64,000 nucleotides of DNA from a virus, in the IMG/VR virus record IMGVR_UViG_3300042197_000966, positions 1 through 64,000 of that record. One strand, given 5' to 3'. Positions within the stretch are counted from its first letter, which is position 1, and the number at the start of each line of letters is the position of its first letter. The notes below the pieces were generated by a model, which was not told the origin of the DNA, made no database searches, and was given only the letters and a program-made list of their open reading frames with translations. This document shows, one piece after another, positions 29,301 through 38,731 of this stretch. The translations under genes were made by a program, and so were the position numbers.

Positions 29301-32300
29301 TTTTATGCAATAAGACAGTAACCAATAGTCCTACCGTAGGAACTATGGAGGATGCTGGTTACCTCATCATGGCAAACGCGGACTTCATTGCTTCAGAAGC
29401 ATCTGAGTTTGCCTATGCACAGTTCCCAGTCGTTGCAGCGTCGCTTACAGATGACCAGAAGAGAAAGTGTAAGAGAGATATTCGTTATATCCTTTCTGGA
29501 CTGACAAGAGACCTTATTGGTGGTGGTAACAGTGGAATTGTTACGGCAGCAGAATCATATTTTACAGGAAATACTTTATCTGGCATTCCATCGAATGAAC
29601 TTGCTGCTACTCGTTCTGCATTTTCAAGAGCAAGAGATCTTTCAATTCAGGCAATTCGTAACTGGAGTAATGGAACTGTTACTACAAGGACCGCAACAAC
29701 TGCAACATATAACTCAACCAGTGGCGTTCTTACCGTAACATTCCCAACTCCAACCACTCCAGTCACAACTGCACATAAATTAGCATTCAAAGAACGTGCA
29801 TTAACATTTAGTTGTGCATCTGATGGTGGTGGAAACTTAGCAAGTCCTCAACCAACAGATAGAAACTATGGTAAGAGTTTATCAATTTCCAATGTAACAA
29901 CTGGTGGTGGAAATCAAACGGTTACTGTTAATGTTGGTGCTGCTGGAACGGCAGCTGGCGTTGCTCATACATTTGTAAGTGCATTGGCAAATGGAGTTAT
30001 CATTATCTACGATCCAGTAACTCCAACATACGAAACAAACATCACAAGAGTAGAAGATTGGAACATTGCTCTATATGGTTCAAATCCACTTTGCGCTAAC
30101 GTAGCATCTGCAATTACTACAGAATTTACAACTCTTGATAACATTCTAGGTGGCACTGTTCTTCCTGGAGCAACAACAAAAACATATGGAACTTTATATG
30201 ATCCAACGGTAACATATCCAACAGGTGTCATGATTGACAATGATGGATATTATATTACACCAAGAGGAAGATGGGATGATCTTCCAATCATTGAAGCTTC
30301 TCCATACATTCAAAATGCTTCAGTAATCTCATTTAAAGGTGGAGGTGGATGTGAGGTTGATGGATCTAAAGTCAAACAACCAAACTGTCCTTTCCCTGGA
30401 TTAGAAGCAGATGGTTCTGCAACTTATCCAAATCAAGGTAAATCAATGGTTGCGGCACAATTTACGATTGTGTCATTTGGTGGAACTGGTTACAAAATTG
30501 TAAAAGATGGATATACTCAGTTAGTTTCGGTATTCGTTCTCTTCTGTAAAGATGGAGTATTAGCAGAATCTGGTGGATATGTATCAATTACAAACGCCGC
30601 TACAAACTTTGGTATCTATGCTCTACGTGCTGTGGGTTATAGAGAAAATGCTTATTCTTTTGATACTGGAATAATTACAAACGTAAGTGAAACAGTAACT
30701 GGAAGAACTATTCTAACAGTAGGAAGTCTTGGTAGAAAACCATTAGAGCACTATGTTCTTAAAATCGATGGTTATACAAATCAAGGCGAATCAATCGAAT
30801 ACTTTATTGAAAAAGTAACATCCGCTTCTGTTGGACCTATTTTCACTGCAACGTTTGAAGTCAATGCTGCTATGTTATTAACGAGAACTTCCGATGGAGC
30901 TCTCTTTAATTCTCCACTATCTGGTGCAGAATTTACAGGAAAAACTATAAAACTACATAGACCATCTATTGTTAATTCCTCTGGTCATACTTGGGAATTT
31001 GCTGGAGCAGGAACAAATTATAAAGCTCTACCAGAAAATGGCGGTAAGAAGATCGAAGCATATGAGCAGGTATCGGAAAACTATGGTCGTGTTTATACAT
31101 CTGGTACTGATGAACTTGGTGACTTCAAAGTAGGTTATTTTGCTAAGATTGAGAACAGAACTGGTAACATTACATTTACTGGAACGGTTTCTATCTCAGA
31201 AGTTGAATTCCTCAAGCTAAAAGGTGGAGATGTTGTTGTTACTGGATTTACTTCTGATAACACCCTAGGCGGTGCTGCATCATCAAATAGTTTGCTTCCA
31301 ACCCAAAAAGCAGTTAAAGATTATATCACAACTAACCTAGGAACATATATTAATAAACCATATTCAACCAATGCTGTTCCAAGAGCACTTGTTGAACTAA
31401 CCGATAGCGGAAAGATTTCAATTGATCAAATCCCTGCCTTAAGACCATTCAGTGTGTATACTGTTGCCGACCAAGCAGAGAGATTAAAACTAGAAGGAGC
31501 ACTTGCTGGTGACATTGCAATCGAGCAAGACACATCAACATCGTATATTTTAAATAATGATTTAACAAGTCTATTCTTAGGATTTGCTGTCAATCAGGCA
31601 CTTCAATTTACAATAAACAATCTCTTTGTTGGAACGCCAGGTGGAGGTCAAATTCAAGCAAAAGAGTATAGGCAAGGTGTAGTTTATCAAATCAATATTA
31701 CAAATGGTGGAAGTGGTTATTCTAGTGCTCCTAGCGTAACGTTTAGTGCTCCACAGCAAGGTGGTGGTGTTACCGCTACTGCAGTAGCGACAGTTGCTAA
31801 TGGTCAGGTTACTACCATTACTATCACTGAGACTGGAGGATTGAAAGGTGGTAGAGGATATACTTCTGCCCCAACGATTACCATTGCTTCTCCTGGTGGA
31901 GCTGGAACAACTGCTACTGCAACATGTTTGATTGAGAGCAGATTGTATGGTAATATAACAAACAATATAAAGATAGTAGATATAGATACAATACAATCTT
32001 CCAATGGAACTCCAATAACTGTTGATATCAATCGTGTTGTAAATACTTCAGCATTTACAGCATCAAACTGGGTATCACTCTCCTCAAATCAAGTTGCGGC
32101 AGATCAAATTACTTCTGGTGTAATTGCCACAACAAGACTAGCAAGTAATTCTGGTGCTGCTAACTCAACAACCTTCTTAAGAGGTGATCAAACATATGCG
32201 CCAGTTATCCAGTCTATCAAAGGTGTTGAAACAAGATATTTTGTAAAGACTTCAAATCAGACAAATTCTGGTGGTCAGCAACTGTTCTTTACAGAAGCAC

Positions 32301-35179
32301 AGGCAGCTACAATCCTAAAAGGTCATTCAATTACTGCGGCGCCAGTTAATGCTGGAATTGCTCCAGGAACAACGGTTACTTCTGTAACATTAAATGCTGG
32401 TTTATACACTGTCAATATCAATAATCCAACAACTGCAAATATTCCTGTTGGAACAGTTATTGAATTTGGGAGAGCAGCATCTCCATTAGTTATTGATACT
32501 CCTGTCGCTCTTACAAATTACATTGCGAGCGTTATCATTGTTAATAGTGGAACAGGATATACAAATGGAACTTATACCAATGTAACTCTCCAAGGAGGAG
32601 ATGGTACTGGATGTAAAGCTGATATTGTTGTTTCTGGAAATGAAATCATTTCAGTTACAGTTACCGATGGTGGAACTGGTTATATTTCTGACTTCCTTGT
32701 TACTGGATTTTCGACAAGTCTTGGTGCTGGAAACTCGTTAGTTCTTTCCGCAAAAATTAATACAGTTCTTAAGTATTACGGTAATACTACTTTTGATGTC
32801 TCAAAGGTTTCAGATTCTGCAACTGATAGTTATTCCACAGTCGGTGCAGCAAGATTTTTAAGATATCAAAACACAACTGATTTGCAGGCAGGATTTAACA
32901 TCAATGCTGACGGTAATGGTTCTATTAGTCTTAAAACTGGGGCTTTAAGTGGATTGAATGCCGATAAATTGGATGGAGAACATGGTATTTTCTATCTAAC
33001 TGGTTCAAACTTCGTTGATGGTAGTATCACCCCATCCAAGTTACTTGGTGGTCAAGAATATAGTATTAATATCAGCGGTATTGCAAGATCTGCAAATAGA
33101 TTGAATTCCACTGATGAAGGATCGAATGATCCACTACCAATTAATTCTTCTGAAGGTGTAGTTGCACAATTAAGAAACAATTCTGCAAACGGATTGAATG
33201 ATGGTGGTACAAGAAACCTAGTTCTAAATCTCAGAAATGGTATTGATGCTACTTATGGTGGCGCAAGGCAATTAGCACTTACGGATAACAATAATCTTTG
33301 GATCCGTGGTTCTGGAACGGCACTAACACAATGGAGCACTTGGTATAAAGTATGGACATCTGGAAATGATGCTTCTGCTGGTCAAGGTTCTGGTCCAGAT
33401 GCTTTTAGATTGAACAATAAGGTACAAGAATATTATAACACTGCTTATAATATCAATTATGGAACTCTATCAGATAATAGAATTCCATATTATCAAACTG
33501 CAAAAGCATTTGACGATAATTTAACTATTCGTTGGCAGAAAACACAAGTTGTATATGAATTTTATATTCCTGGTGTTCTATTAACTGGTGGAAGTGGAAC
33601 ATATCAAATTGGAAATACTCTGAAGTTATTCCAATCAAACGGTGTTGAAAATGGTCAAGTTGTTGTTCTTGCAGTAACAAATAATTCAGCAACTGCAACA
33701 GATACAAGTCTTCGTTGGTCAATAATCAGAGGAAGATTAACGAGTGGTAGCATTAATGTTGGTGGAAATCCTTCCATCAAGATTGGATTGGATATTTCAA
33801 ATAGCTCTGTATTTACTGATTATACTGGTAATACTGAGAATACAATTGAAGTTGCTAAATTGCAATCTACATCTGGAACTGCTCTCCTAAAATTAGGCAG
33901 AACAGACGGTGTTGCTTCAAACCCAGCTATTCATTTTAACAGTAGTGCAACTACAGCAACAAACTACCACGTTGCAATGATTGCTTCTGGTGGAACTGCA
34001 ACTGATGGTAGTGGAAGTCTTAATATTATTGCTGGAACAAATAATGCTGTAACTATTAACAACAATGCTATTTGGAACGCTGGCAATATATCATTTAATA
34101 CTGGTTTTACTGGAGCTAATTATAACACTGGAGCAAATAGCACTGGTGTTATTAGAGATGCTAGCGGCAATGCTGCTTTCAACGGAATTACATTAGGAGC
34201 ATCTGGAACTGGTGTTCTAACTGGATCTGCTTCTCTCAACGTATTGAAGGCAGGCGATACGATGACAGGTCAGTTAAAGATTGCCTTCAATAGTGGTCTA
34301 GGTATTAGTGAAACTGGTGGAACTGGAGCAAGACTGACGATTACTTCATCTGCTTCTGGTTCTATTCTAAATGTTGTTGATAACTCAGCACTAATCTTCC
34401 AAACCGACAGTGGCGTAGAGCAAGGTAGATTTAGGAATAATGCTGCTGGTGGTGGATTGCTACTAACTACAAATCAAGCTGGTGGTGTTCCACTAACTCT
34501 CAATAGACAATGGGATGGTGGTAGATTACAATTCATTTACAATAGTGATGCCACCACCAGAGGTGAAATTGGCATGACCTATGCTGGTGCCAATGGCAAC
34601 ATGTATTTGTGGATGGGAAGCAACCTAAACTCGACTGGAAGCGGTCACACAAATGCTACGCAAGGCAATTCGGCGTATTCTTCTTGGGTAACATATCACC
34701 ATTCAAACTCTGATTACTATCAAGTTGGCAGAATTGCTAGTGGAACTTATACATCTGCTTTACATATCAATGGTAGCAGACAAGTTGGTATTAACACCAC
34801 AACCAATACAACTTATAACCTACAAGTTAATGGTTCCTTCGCTGCTACTACCAAGTCATTCCGCATTTCTCACCCAACCAAAGAGAACCATGACCTTGTT
34901 TATGGTTCGTTGGAAGGACCAGAGCATGGCGTATATGTTCGTGGCAAGTCATCTGACGTTATTGAGTTACCTGATTACTGGGTTGCTCTTGTCGATGAAA
35001 ACACCATCACCGTTCAACTCACTCCAATCGGCAATCATATGTCATGGGTAGAGAAGATTGAAGATAATAAGATCCTTATTGGTGGTGGCGAGGCATTCTA
35101 CTTCGTTCAGGCAATGCGTAAGGATATCGAGAAGTTAGAGGTTGAAGTTGAGTTGCCTGTTGAGGAGGAGCAAGAGTGA
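26336..35179 (+). CDS. Long tail fibre / host-recognition protein (2947 aa) with beta-helix-like, CBM-like and two phycobiliprotein-like domains
   Basis: IYVSEQIGDDANDGRS...VRTIKRA (beta-helix lead-in), GLNADKLDG fibre motif, and C-terminal KSFRISHP...SLEGPEHGVYVRG...IELPDYW...TVQLTPIG domain common at fibre ends. Confidence 0.75.
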   Translation: MSLEFNADKQYLKGTKPYVLGTSEFTIRAGTGASEKEVMRWQLDATQQLTRVGINRNGQQVEKITLTNTGGGYSSTPTVTISAPNLATGRQATASALINLGTVAAIIVDDPGNGYTSTPTVTISGGAGNGATATATLNSIEYELDVNGAIRTSTSIISDTARVINLDFVNLTTADGTFRAPYLKLYANNTGTSWLASTVVSKNTFRYFGDNIYRVNQDGTTGTNAPIHTSGEVANGTTILEHVGYRVNSPSLPHYGITGDGIFPRSITPLQGDRSNKIATTEYVLSLATNDVGGRIYVSEQIGDDANDGRSAVNPVRTIKRACQIATGTVGVRETVIISGGDYVEDNPISIPPDCSIVGDSLRIVNVRPLNGGKHMFKFADKNYITGITFRDRLDSAGNPIQTWDYACAFDDKQRIYYDSNSGGDYGRDFPIGYQIFGRQEYRITFSENTGNAQIAVGETIWGETNNANATVTNVFYNATTGASAYDTGYIDVVLNQNSNQLSTGDRFRYGGPAPSLGTFTQPWLANTSFPANVYLWTTGTSGNPGRVYLTTAAVTTGAATPSHTSGTVSNLLYIRDRLQFTSSTITSIRPEGEIVSKGEDLISQLPITRIDASVATYNTYGGVVIYTNPLVGASNVHNFKENEEIEIFGLPTSSPDLSWLNGKQRVYKIIEDADARSRRIVIAKEGNRVGFTQSNYAPLSAYVRSYSYYFTLSLLNSPYKFPITDYVSRRYQDACNLIRNNLEFIKDETYQIIEDEFSPNFTISSIVPTTGTGLDLGKVIVRITTSVPHGFYVSDNVTIKKTTFASGLLNGNYIVTNRVSSTVLEVQYTGTVATLGLTSGTTYNNAAIGTSSFIQRGFVIPSETKCRRDIGHFVNAIIMDLEYGGNYHVVEAAKRYRNNGVLGYVGNELAYTVRSLEVARRLCIYAMRNWRLEDGKYSQPTYTPKFSSLSRYFDLTVTEDTSGATTNGFTCSDVASAITTLAYLYTDVLCNKTVTNSPTVGTMEDAGYLIMANADFIASEASEFAYAQFPVVAASLTDDQKRKCKRDIRYILSGLTRDLIGGGNSGIVTAAESYFTGNTLSGIPSNELAATRSAFSRARDLSIQAIRNWSNGTVTTRTATTATYNSTSGVLTVTFPTPTTPVTTAHKLAFKERALTFSCASDGGGNLASPQPTDRNYGKSLSISNVTTGGGNQTVTVNVGAAGTAAGVAHTFVSALANGVIIIYDPVTPTYETNITRVEDWNIALYGSNPLCANVASAITTEFTTLDNILGGTVLPGATTKTYGTLYDPTVTYPTGVMIDNDGYYITPRGRWDDLPIIEASPYIQNASVISFKGGGGCEVDGSKVKQPNCPFPGLEADGSATYPNQGKSMVAAQFTIVSFGGTGYKIVKDGYTQLVSVFVLFCKDGVLAESGGYVSITNAATNFGIYALRAVGYRENAYSFDTGIITNVSETVTGRTILTVGSLGRKPLEHYVLKIDGYTNQGESIEYFIEKVTSASVGPIFTATFEVNAAMLLTRTSDGALFNSPLSGAEFTGKTIKLHRPSIVNSSGHTWEFAGAGTNYKALPENGGKKIEAYEQVSENYGRVYTSGTDELGDFKVGYFAKIENRTGNITFTGTVSISEVEFLKLKGGDVVVTGFTSDNTLGGAASSNSLLPTQKAVKDYITTNLGTYINKPYSTNAVPRALVELTDSGKISIDQIPALRPFSVYTVADQAERLKLEGALAGDIAIEQDTSTSYILNNDLTSLFLGFAVNQALQFTINNLFVGTPGGGQIQAKEYRQGVVYQINITNGGSGYSSAPSVTFSAPQQGGGVTATAVATVANGQVTTITITETGGLKGGRGYTSAPTITIASPGGAGTTATATCLIESRLYGNITNNIKIVDIDTIQSSNGTPITVDINRVVNTSAFTASNWVSLSSNQVAADQITSGVIATTRLASNSGAANSTTFLRGDQTYAPVIQSIKGVETRYFVKTSNQTNSGGQQLFFTEAQAATILKGHSITAAPVNAGIAPGTTVTSVTLNAGLYTVNINNPTTANIPVGTVIEFGRAASPLVIDTPVALTNYIASVIIVNSGTGYTNGTYTNVTLQGGDGTGCKADIVVSGNEIISVTVTDGGTGYISDFLVTGFSTSLGAGNSLVLSAKINTVLKYYGNTTFDVSKVSDSATDSYSTVGAARFLRYQNTTDLQAGFNINADGNGSISLKTGALSGLNADKLDGEHGIFYLTGSNFVDGSITPSKLLGGQEYSINISGIARSANRLNSTDEGSNDPLPINSSEGVVAQLRNNSANGLNDGGTRNLVLNLRNGIDATYGGARQLALTDNNNLWIRGSGTALTQWSTWYKVWTSGNDASAGQGSGPDAFRLNNKVQEYYNTAYNINYGTLSDNRIPYYQTAKAFDDNLTIRWQKTQVVYEFYIPGVLLTGGSGTYQIGNTLKLFQSNGVENGQVVVLAVTNNSATATDTSLRWSIIRGRLTSGSINVGGNPSIKIGLDISNSSVFTDYTGNTENTIEVAKLQSTSGTALLKLGRTDGVASNPAIHFNSSATTATNYHVAMIASGGTATDGSGSLNIIAGTNNAVTINNNAIWNAGNISFNTGFTGANYNTGANSTGVIRDASGNAAFNGITLGASGTGVLTGSASLNVLKAGDTMTGQLKIAFNSGLGISETGGTGARLTITSSASGSILNVVDNSALIFQTDSGVEQGRFRNNAAGGGLLLTTNQAGGVPLTLNRQWDGGRLQFIYNSDATTRGEIGMTYAGANGNMYLWMGSNLNSTGSGHTNATQGNSAYSSWVTYHHSNSDYYQVGRIASGTYTSALHINGSRQVGINTTTNTTYNLQVNGSFAATTKSFRISHPTKENHDLVYGSLEGPEHGVYVRGKSSDVIELPDYWVALVDENTITVQLTPIGNHMSWVEKIEDNKILIGGGEAFYFVQAMRKDIEKLEVEVELPVEEEQE

Positions 35180-35191
35180 TGTTACTGACTT

Positions 35192-35199
35192 ATAAATAC
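35192..35199 (+). promoter_or_regulatory. Consensus T4 late promoter TATAAATA
   Basis: Exact TATAAATA 22 nt upstream of the ATG at 35221. Confidence 0.75.
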
Positions 35200-35220
35200 T
35201 CAATAAAAGGCGTATAACAA

Positions 35221-37161
35221 ATGGCGAATTCTGATAAGGACATCCTTATAACGCCTAATATTGGTCAGGCGGCACTACCAGAAATTAAATTTGTTGGAAC
35301 TGGAAACAGTCCTCGTTATATACGAGTAAATGATGATAATAGCCTTGCGTTCCTGAACAACTCTGGAACGGAAAGATTTTCTATTAATGAAGATTTAGTA
35401 AGAACCAGTTTATCTGCCAGTGGTAACTATAGAGTTAGAAACAGTTCTGGAACAACATTATTTAATGTAACTAATAGTACAAATGCTATTGAAATAGGTG
35501 GTGCTGGAACTGGTATCGCAATGGTTGGTGGAACAACTACAGCAACCTCTCCAAAACTAGCAATTGTCCAAGCAAGTGCTGGTTCAAGATATTCTCTACA
35601 AATTCAAACCACTGGCGGTATTGCTGATGGACAGTATGATGGTATTGGATTTGTTCAAGGTGCTGCTGGTGCAACACCTTTGGGTGGTATTCGTTGTGAA
35701 TTTAGAAACAGTGGTAGTCCAGATTTTGGATGGTATACAAGGAGTGGCGGAAGCACTGAGAGTATAAAATTAAAATTATGGAACAGTGGTAACTTATCAA
35801 TTGGAACTGCAGATCAAACAGAATATACTAGATTAAGTGTTCTAGGAGGTTCTGGTATTACAATTAGACCAGATACTTCATCTGCAAATAATCGTCATAT
35901 CTATTTTAGACAAGCAGCTAATAATAATGGATTTGTCATAAATCAAGATGATGCTTCTGTTGGTATGCTCTTCTTCAGAGCAATCAATAATGGATCAGAA
36001 ACAAATCCTCTATTAACATTAGATAGACCAAATCAGAGAGTTGGTGTTGGAAATTTTAGCACAAGTTCTAGACCAGGATTTACACTAGATGTAAATGGAG
36101 ATATTAATACTACTGGTCAATTTAGAAGAAATGGAGTAATTTTTAATCCACTTCCCGCGCAAAGTGCATCAACAATTGGTGCTGCATTAAGATCAGATGG
36201 AACTAATGCATTCTGGGATATTGGCGGTGGTGGAAGCGGCGGAGGAACATCTGCTCTTCCATACGCCGCAGAAGACAGATATAGAGTTGGTTTCCAAATC
36301 ACTCGCGGTTATGCAATGGCGGGATATAAAGATAGTACATCATATAAAAATGTTTGTTCTATCAATCATGCCAATAATACTTTAACAAATCATGGAGATC
36401 TTTTAACAAATGGTCAAGGTTATTGTGCTGGAGCACAAAATCTTTCCATGTTTGCATATGTTATGATCGCCGTAAATGGTGTTGGTGGAACTGGATCAAC
36501 ATGTTCTAAAATTAATATGAACACCAATGCAAATGCTGGTACTACCTCCATTAATAATAATAGATCTGCAACAAGTATAATGAGAAGAGATTTCAGATAT
36601 GCATATGTATATGGAGGTGGAGATTCTAGACCAGATAGATTTAATTTAAGTAATGATACTTCAGCGTTAGCTCCAAATGGCAATCCATCTGGAGATGAAA
36701 ACAATCCAGCTGGAGGATATGGTGCTACTTATGGATGGTCTAAGAAGAATGGTGGGTATGCATATTCTTGGGCAAATGAGACATATGCTGCTTGGCCAAA
36801 TAATCCTGGAACTGATGGATCCAATAAAACTATGAACGCTAGACATGGTTATAATTATTGGAATACAGGAGGAGGATATAGGACATCAGCAAATTTCTCC
36901 AAGAGAAGTTCATTTACTGGATCTGAAGCTACTCAAGTTGGTAAGTTTGAATGTGGAGAAGAAACATTCCACACTGGTATGAATAGAGGTTATATGTGTG
37001 GTATGTATGATGGAGCACAGAAAAACACTGGAGCAGTTTTAAATTATGCTGCTGAAACATTTACAGCAGATGCAAATATAAACAGAGTAGGACCACCTGG
37101 ATCGGCATCTGGAGCTGGTGCTGAATTTGGCACGGTTCTAGCAGGTTACGACGGAGTATAA
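35221..37161 (+). CDS. Fibre-like structural protein with C-terminal Gly/Tyr-rich (possibly beta-propeller) domain
   Basis: MANSDKDILITPN start and RVGVG...FTLDVNGDIN fibre motif, then a Gly linker and a GYAMAGYKDS... domain. Confidence 0.65.
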   Translation: MANSDKDILITPNIGQAALPEIKFVGTGNSPRYIRVNDDNSLAFLNNSGTERFSINEDLVRTSLSASGNYRVRNSSGTTLFNVTNSTNAIEIGGAGTGIAMVGGTTTATSPKLAIVQASAGSRYSLQIQTTGGIADGQYDGIGFVQGAAGATPLGGIRCEFRNSGSPDFGWYTRSGGSTESIKLKLWNSGNLSIGTADQTEYTRLSVLGGSGITIRPDTSSANNRHIYFRQAANNNGFVINQDDASVGMLFFRAINNGSETNPLLTLDRPNQRVGVGNFSTSSRPGFTLDVNGDINTTGQFRRNGVIFNPLPAQSASTIGAALRSDGTNAFWDIGGGGSGGGTSALPYAAEDRYRVGFQITRGYAMAGYKDSTSYKNVCSINHANNTLTNHGDLLTNGQGYCAGAQNLSMFAYVMIAVNGVGGTGSTCSKINMNTNANAGTTSINNNRSATSIMRRDFRYAYVYGGGDSRPDRFNLSNDTSALAPNGNPSGDENNPAGGYGATYGWSKKNGGYAYSWANETYAAWPNNPGTDGSNKTMNARHGYNYWNTGGGYRTSANFSKRSSFTGSEATQVGKFECGEETFHTGMNRGYMCGMYDGAQKNTGAVLNYAAETFTADANINRVGPPGSASGAGAEFGTVLAGYDGV

Positions 37162-37163
37162 AA

Positions 37164-37916
37164 ATGAGAAAGTATTATCTAACAAATTCAAAAGAAGTAG
37201 CAAAATTATTTTCGTTTAAACCTCACGGCGAAATTTTAAATTGGCAGTTTTTCTCGGTAAATCAAATCGATAGTGAAAGAGTGAAAGAATTAGCTCCTCG
37301 TCATATTGAAGTAGAGAAAGACATTGCTGTCTGGGGAATGAGATCTTGGGGAGAAACCAGAGATGAAGTAACTGTATATAATACAGACATTGAAATTGTA
37401 AGTGAATTTGAGGGATTTGAAATCATTGCCACTGATCCAGAAAATTCACAAGGAAAAGTAAAAATTCCATTCACAGATAAAAGAAAAGATCTAGTAATAT
37501 CGGCAATGAAATTAGTTGCCAAGGTTATGATTGAAGAAGAGTATGATAATAAATATAGAAGATATCTTTCAAAAACTTCATTTTTAGAGAGAGAATGCTG
37601 GAAGTATCAACTCGAAGATGTATCGTTTAGAGATACCCTCGCAGAGTTAAAAGGAAAAGAAAAAGAAGAATTTGAAAATGTTGTAATTGCAAATAGTATT
37701 AGTTATGAAGACTATGTAAAAGGTTTATACATAGAGTGTCAGGCATTAAAGCAAGAATTTTACAATTGCGAAAATATTTCGGAATTGAGTATTCTATTTG
37801 AAGATAAATTTAATCTTCCAATGCAATCACATCTTGCTATCAAACTTGGTAGAGAGATTGTTAATGCCGATGAACCAAATACAAGAACAAATGTTGGAAT
37901 TGGTTTGAATTTTTAA
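37164..37916 (+). CDS. Hypothetical protein (250 aa)
   Basis: Long ORF starting 2 nt after the previous stop. No recognised motif. Confidence 0.7.
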   Translation: MRKYYLTNSKEVAKLFSFKPHGEILNWQFFSVNQIDSERVKELAPRHIEVEKDIAVWGMRSWGETRDEVTVYNTDIEIVSEFEGFEIIATDPENSQGKVKIPFTDKRKDLVISAMKLVAKVMIEEEYDNKYRRYLSKTSFLERECWKYQLEDVSFRDTLAELKGKEKEEFENVVIANSISYEDYVKGLYIECQALKQEFYNCENISELSILFEDKFNLPMQSHLAIKLGREIVNADEPNTRTNVGIGLNF

Positions 37917-37933
37917 GTTTATTTTAAATTGCC

Positions 37934-38731
37934 ATGTCAGATGAAAAAAAATTGGATGTAGAAACTATAAAAAATATTGCTCGTAGATGGGCGTCAGGAA
38001 TGTCTGATGAGCAATGTGATATGTATGTTATTCATTCTCAAGTTACAAAAGATAGACAAGTAAAACAGTGTCTATTGGAAATCGAAAATAGATGCCACAA
38101 TCTAGCAAAACTAGATATTGAAAAGAGAAGACATGATATAAACTATAAAAAACTTCAAGAAAAATTGGGCACAGAAAAAGATCCATATGAAAAAGATCTT
38201 CTTCAACTTGAATTGGATAGCATGGATTTAGATTATGATGTTTTTAATAGAAGAAAAATTACTCAAGAAAAAGAAATTCAATCATTTTTTAAATGGTTAA
38301 TTGAACAAGGATTTACAGCAGAAGAATTGGAGAAAAGATTGGAATATGATCCAGAAGAAGAAAGAAAATACTGGATTGCCAGAATGGGCAAACAAGCAGC
38401 TATGGATGTTGTATTCCAAGGAAGGATTGGAACTGGCAATCTAGACTCTATTGCTATGATGAAGGAGCAGGATCAGCAGGCAATTTTAGAAATTGCAATG
38501 CAGTATTCTGCATTATATAACGTTAGCGTCAATAAAATTCAACAGAAACTTGTTCCATATATTCAAGCATTAGAAGAAAGTTCTACAGGAGCATTACCAA
38601 CTTTTCATGGAATTGATGAAAACTTAGAAATAGGTTTGTTGAGTGAATTAAAAACTATTAAAGGTGAATTGAATGGAACCAAATCTTCATCCCCAAGTCT
38701 TCAGCTTACCTATAAACCCCAAGCTTCCTGA
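37934..38731 (+). CDS. Hypothetical coiled-coil protein (265 aa)
   Basis: Charged helical N-half and an EERKYWIARMGKQAAMD...GRIGTGNLDSI segment. Confidence 0.7.
   Translation: MSDEKKLDVETIKNIARRWASGMSDEQCDMYVIHSQVTKDRQVKQCLLEIENRCHNLAKLDIEKRRHDINYKKLQEKLGTEKDPYEKDLLQLELDSMDLDYDVFNRRKITQEKEIQSFFKWLIEQGFTAEELEKRLEYDPEEERKYWIARMGKQAAMDVVFQGRIGTGNLDSIAMMKEQDQQAILEIAMQYSALYNVSVNKIQQKLVPYIQALEESSTGALPTFHGIDENLEIGLLSELKTIKGELNGTKSSSPSLQLTYKPQAS

Noticed and set aside
36223-36246. GGN-rich run resembling a simple repeat
   Set aside because: It encodes a Gly-Ser linker with varied codons, not a slippage tract.
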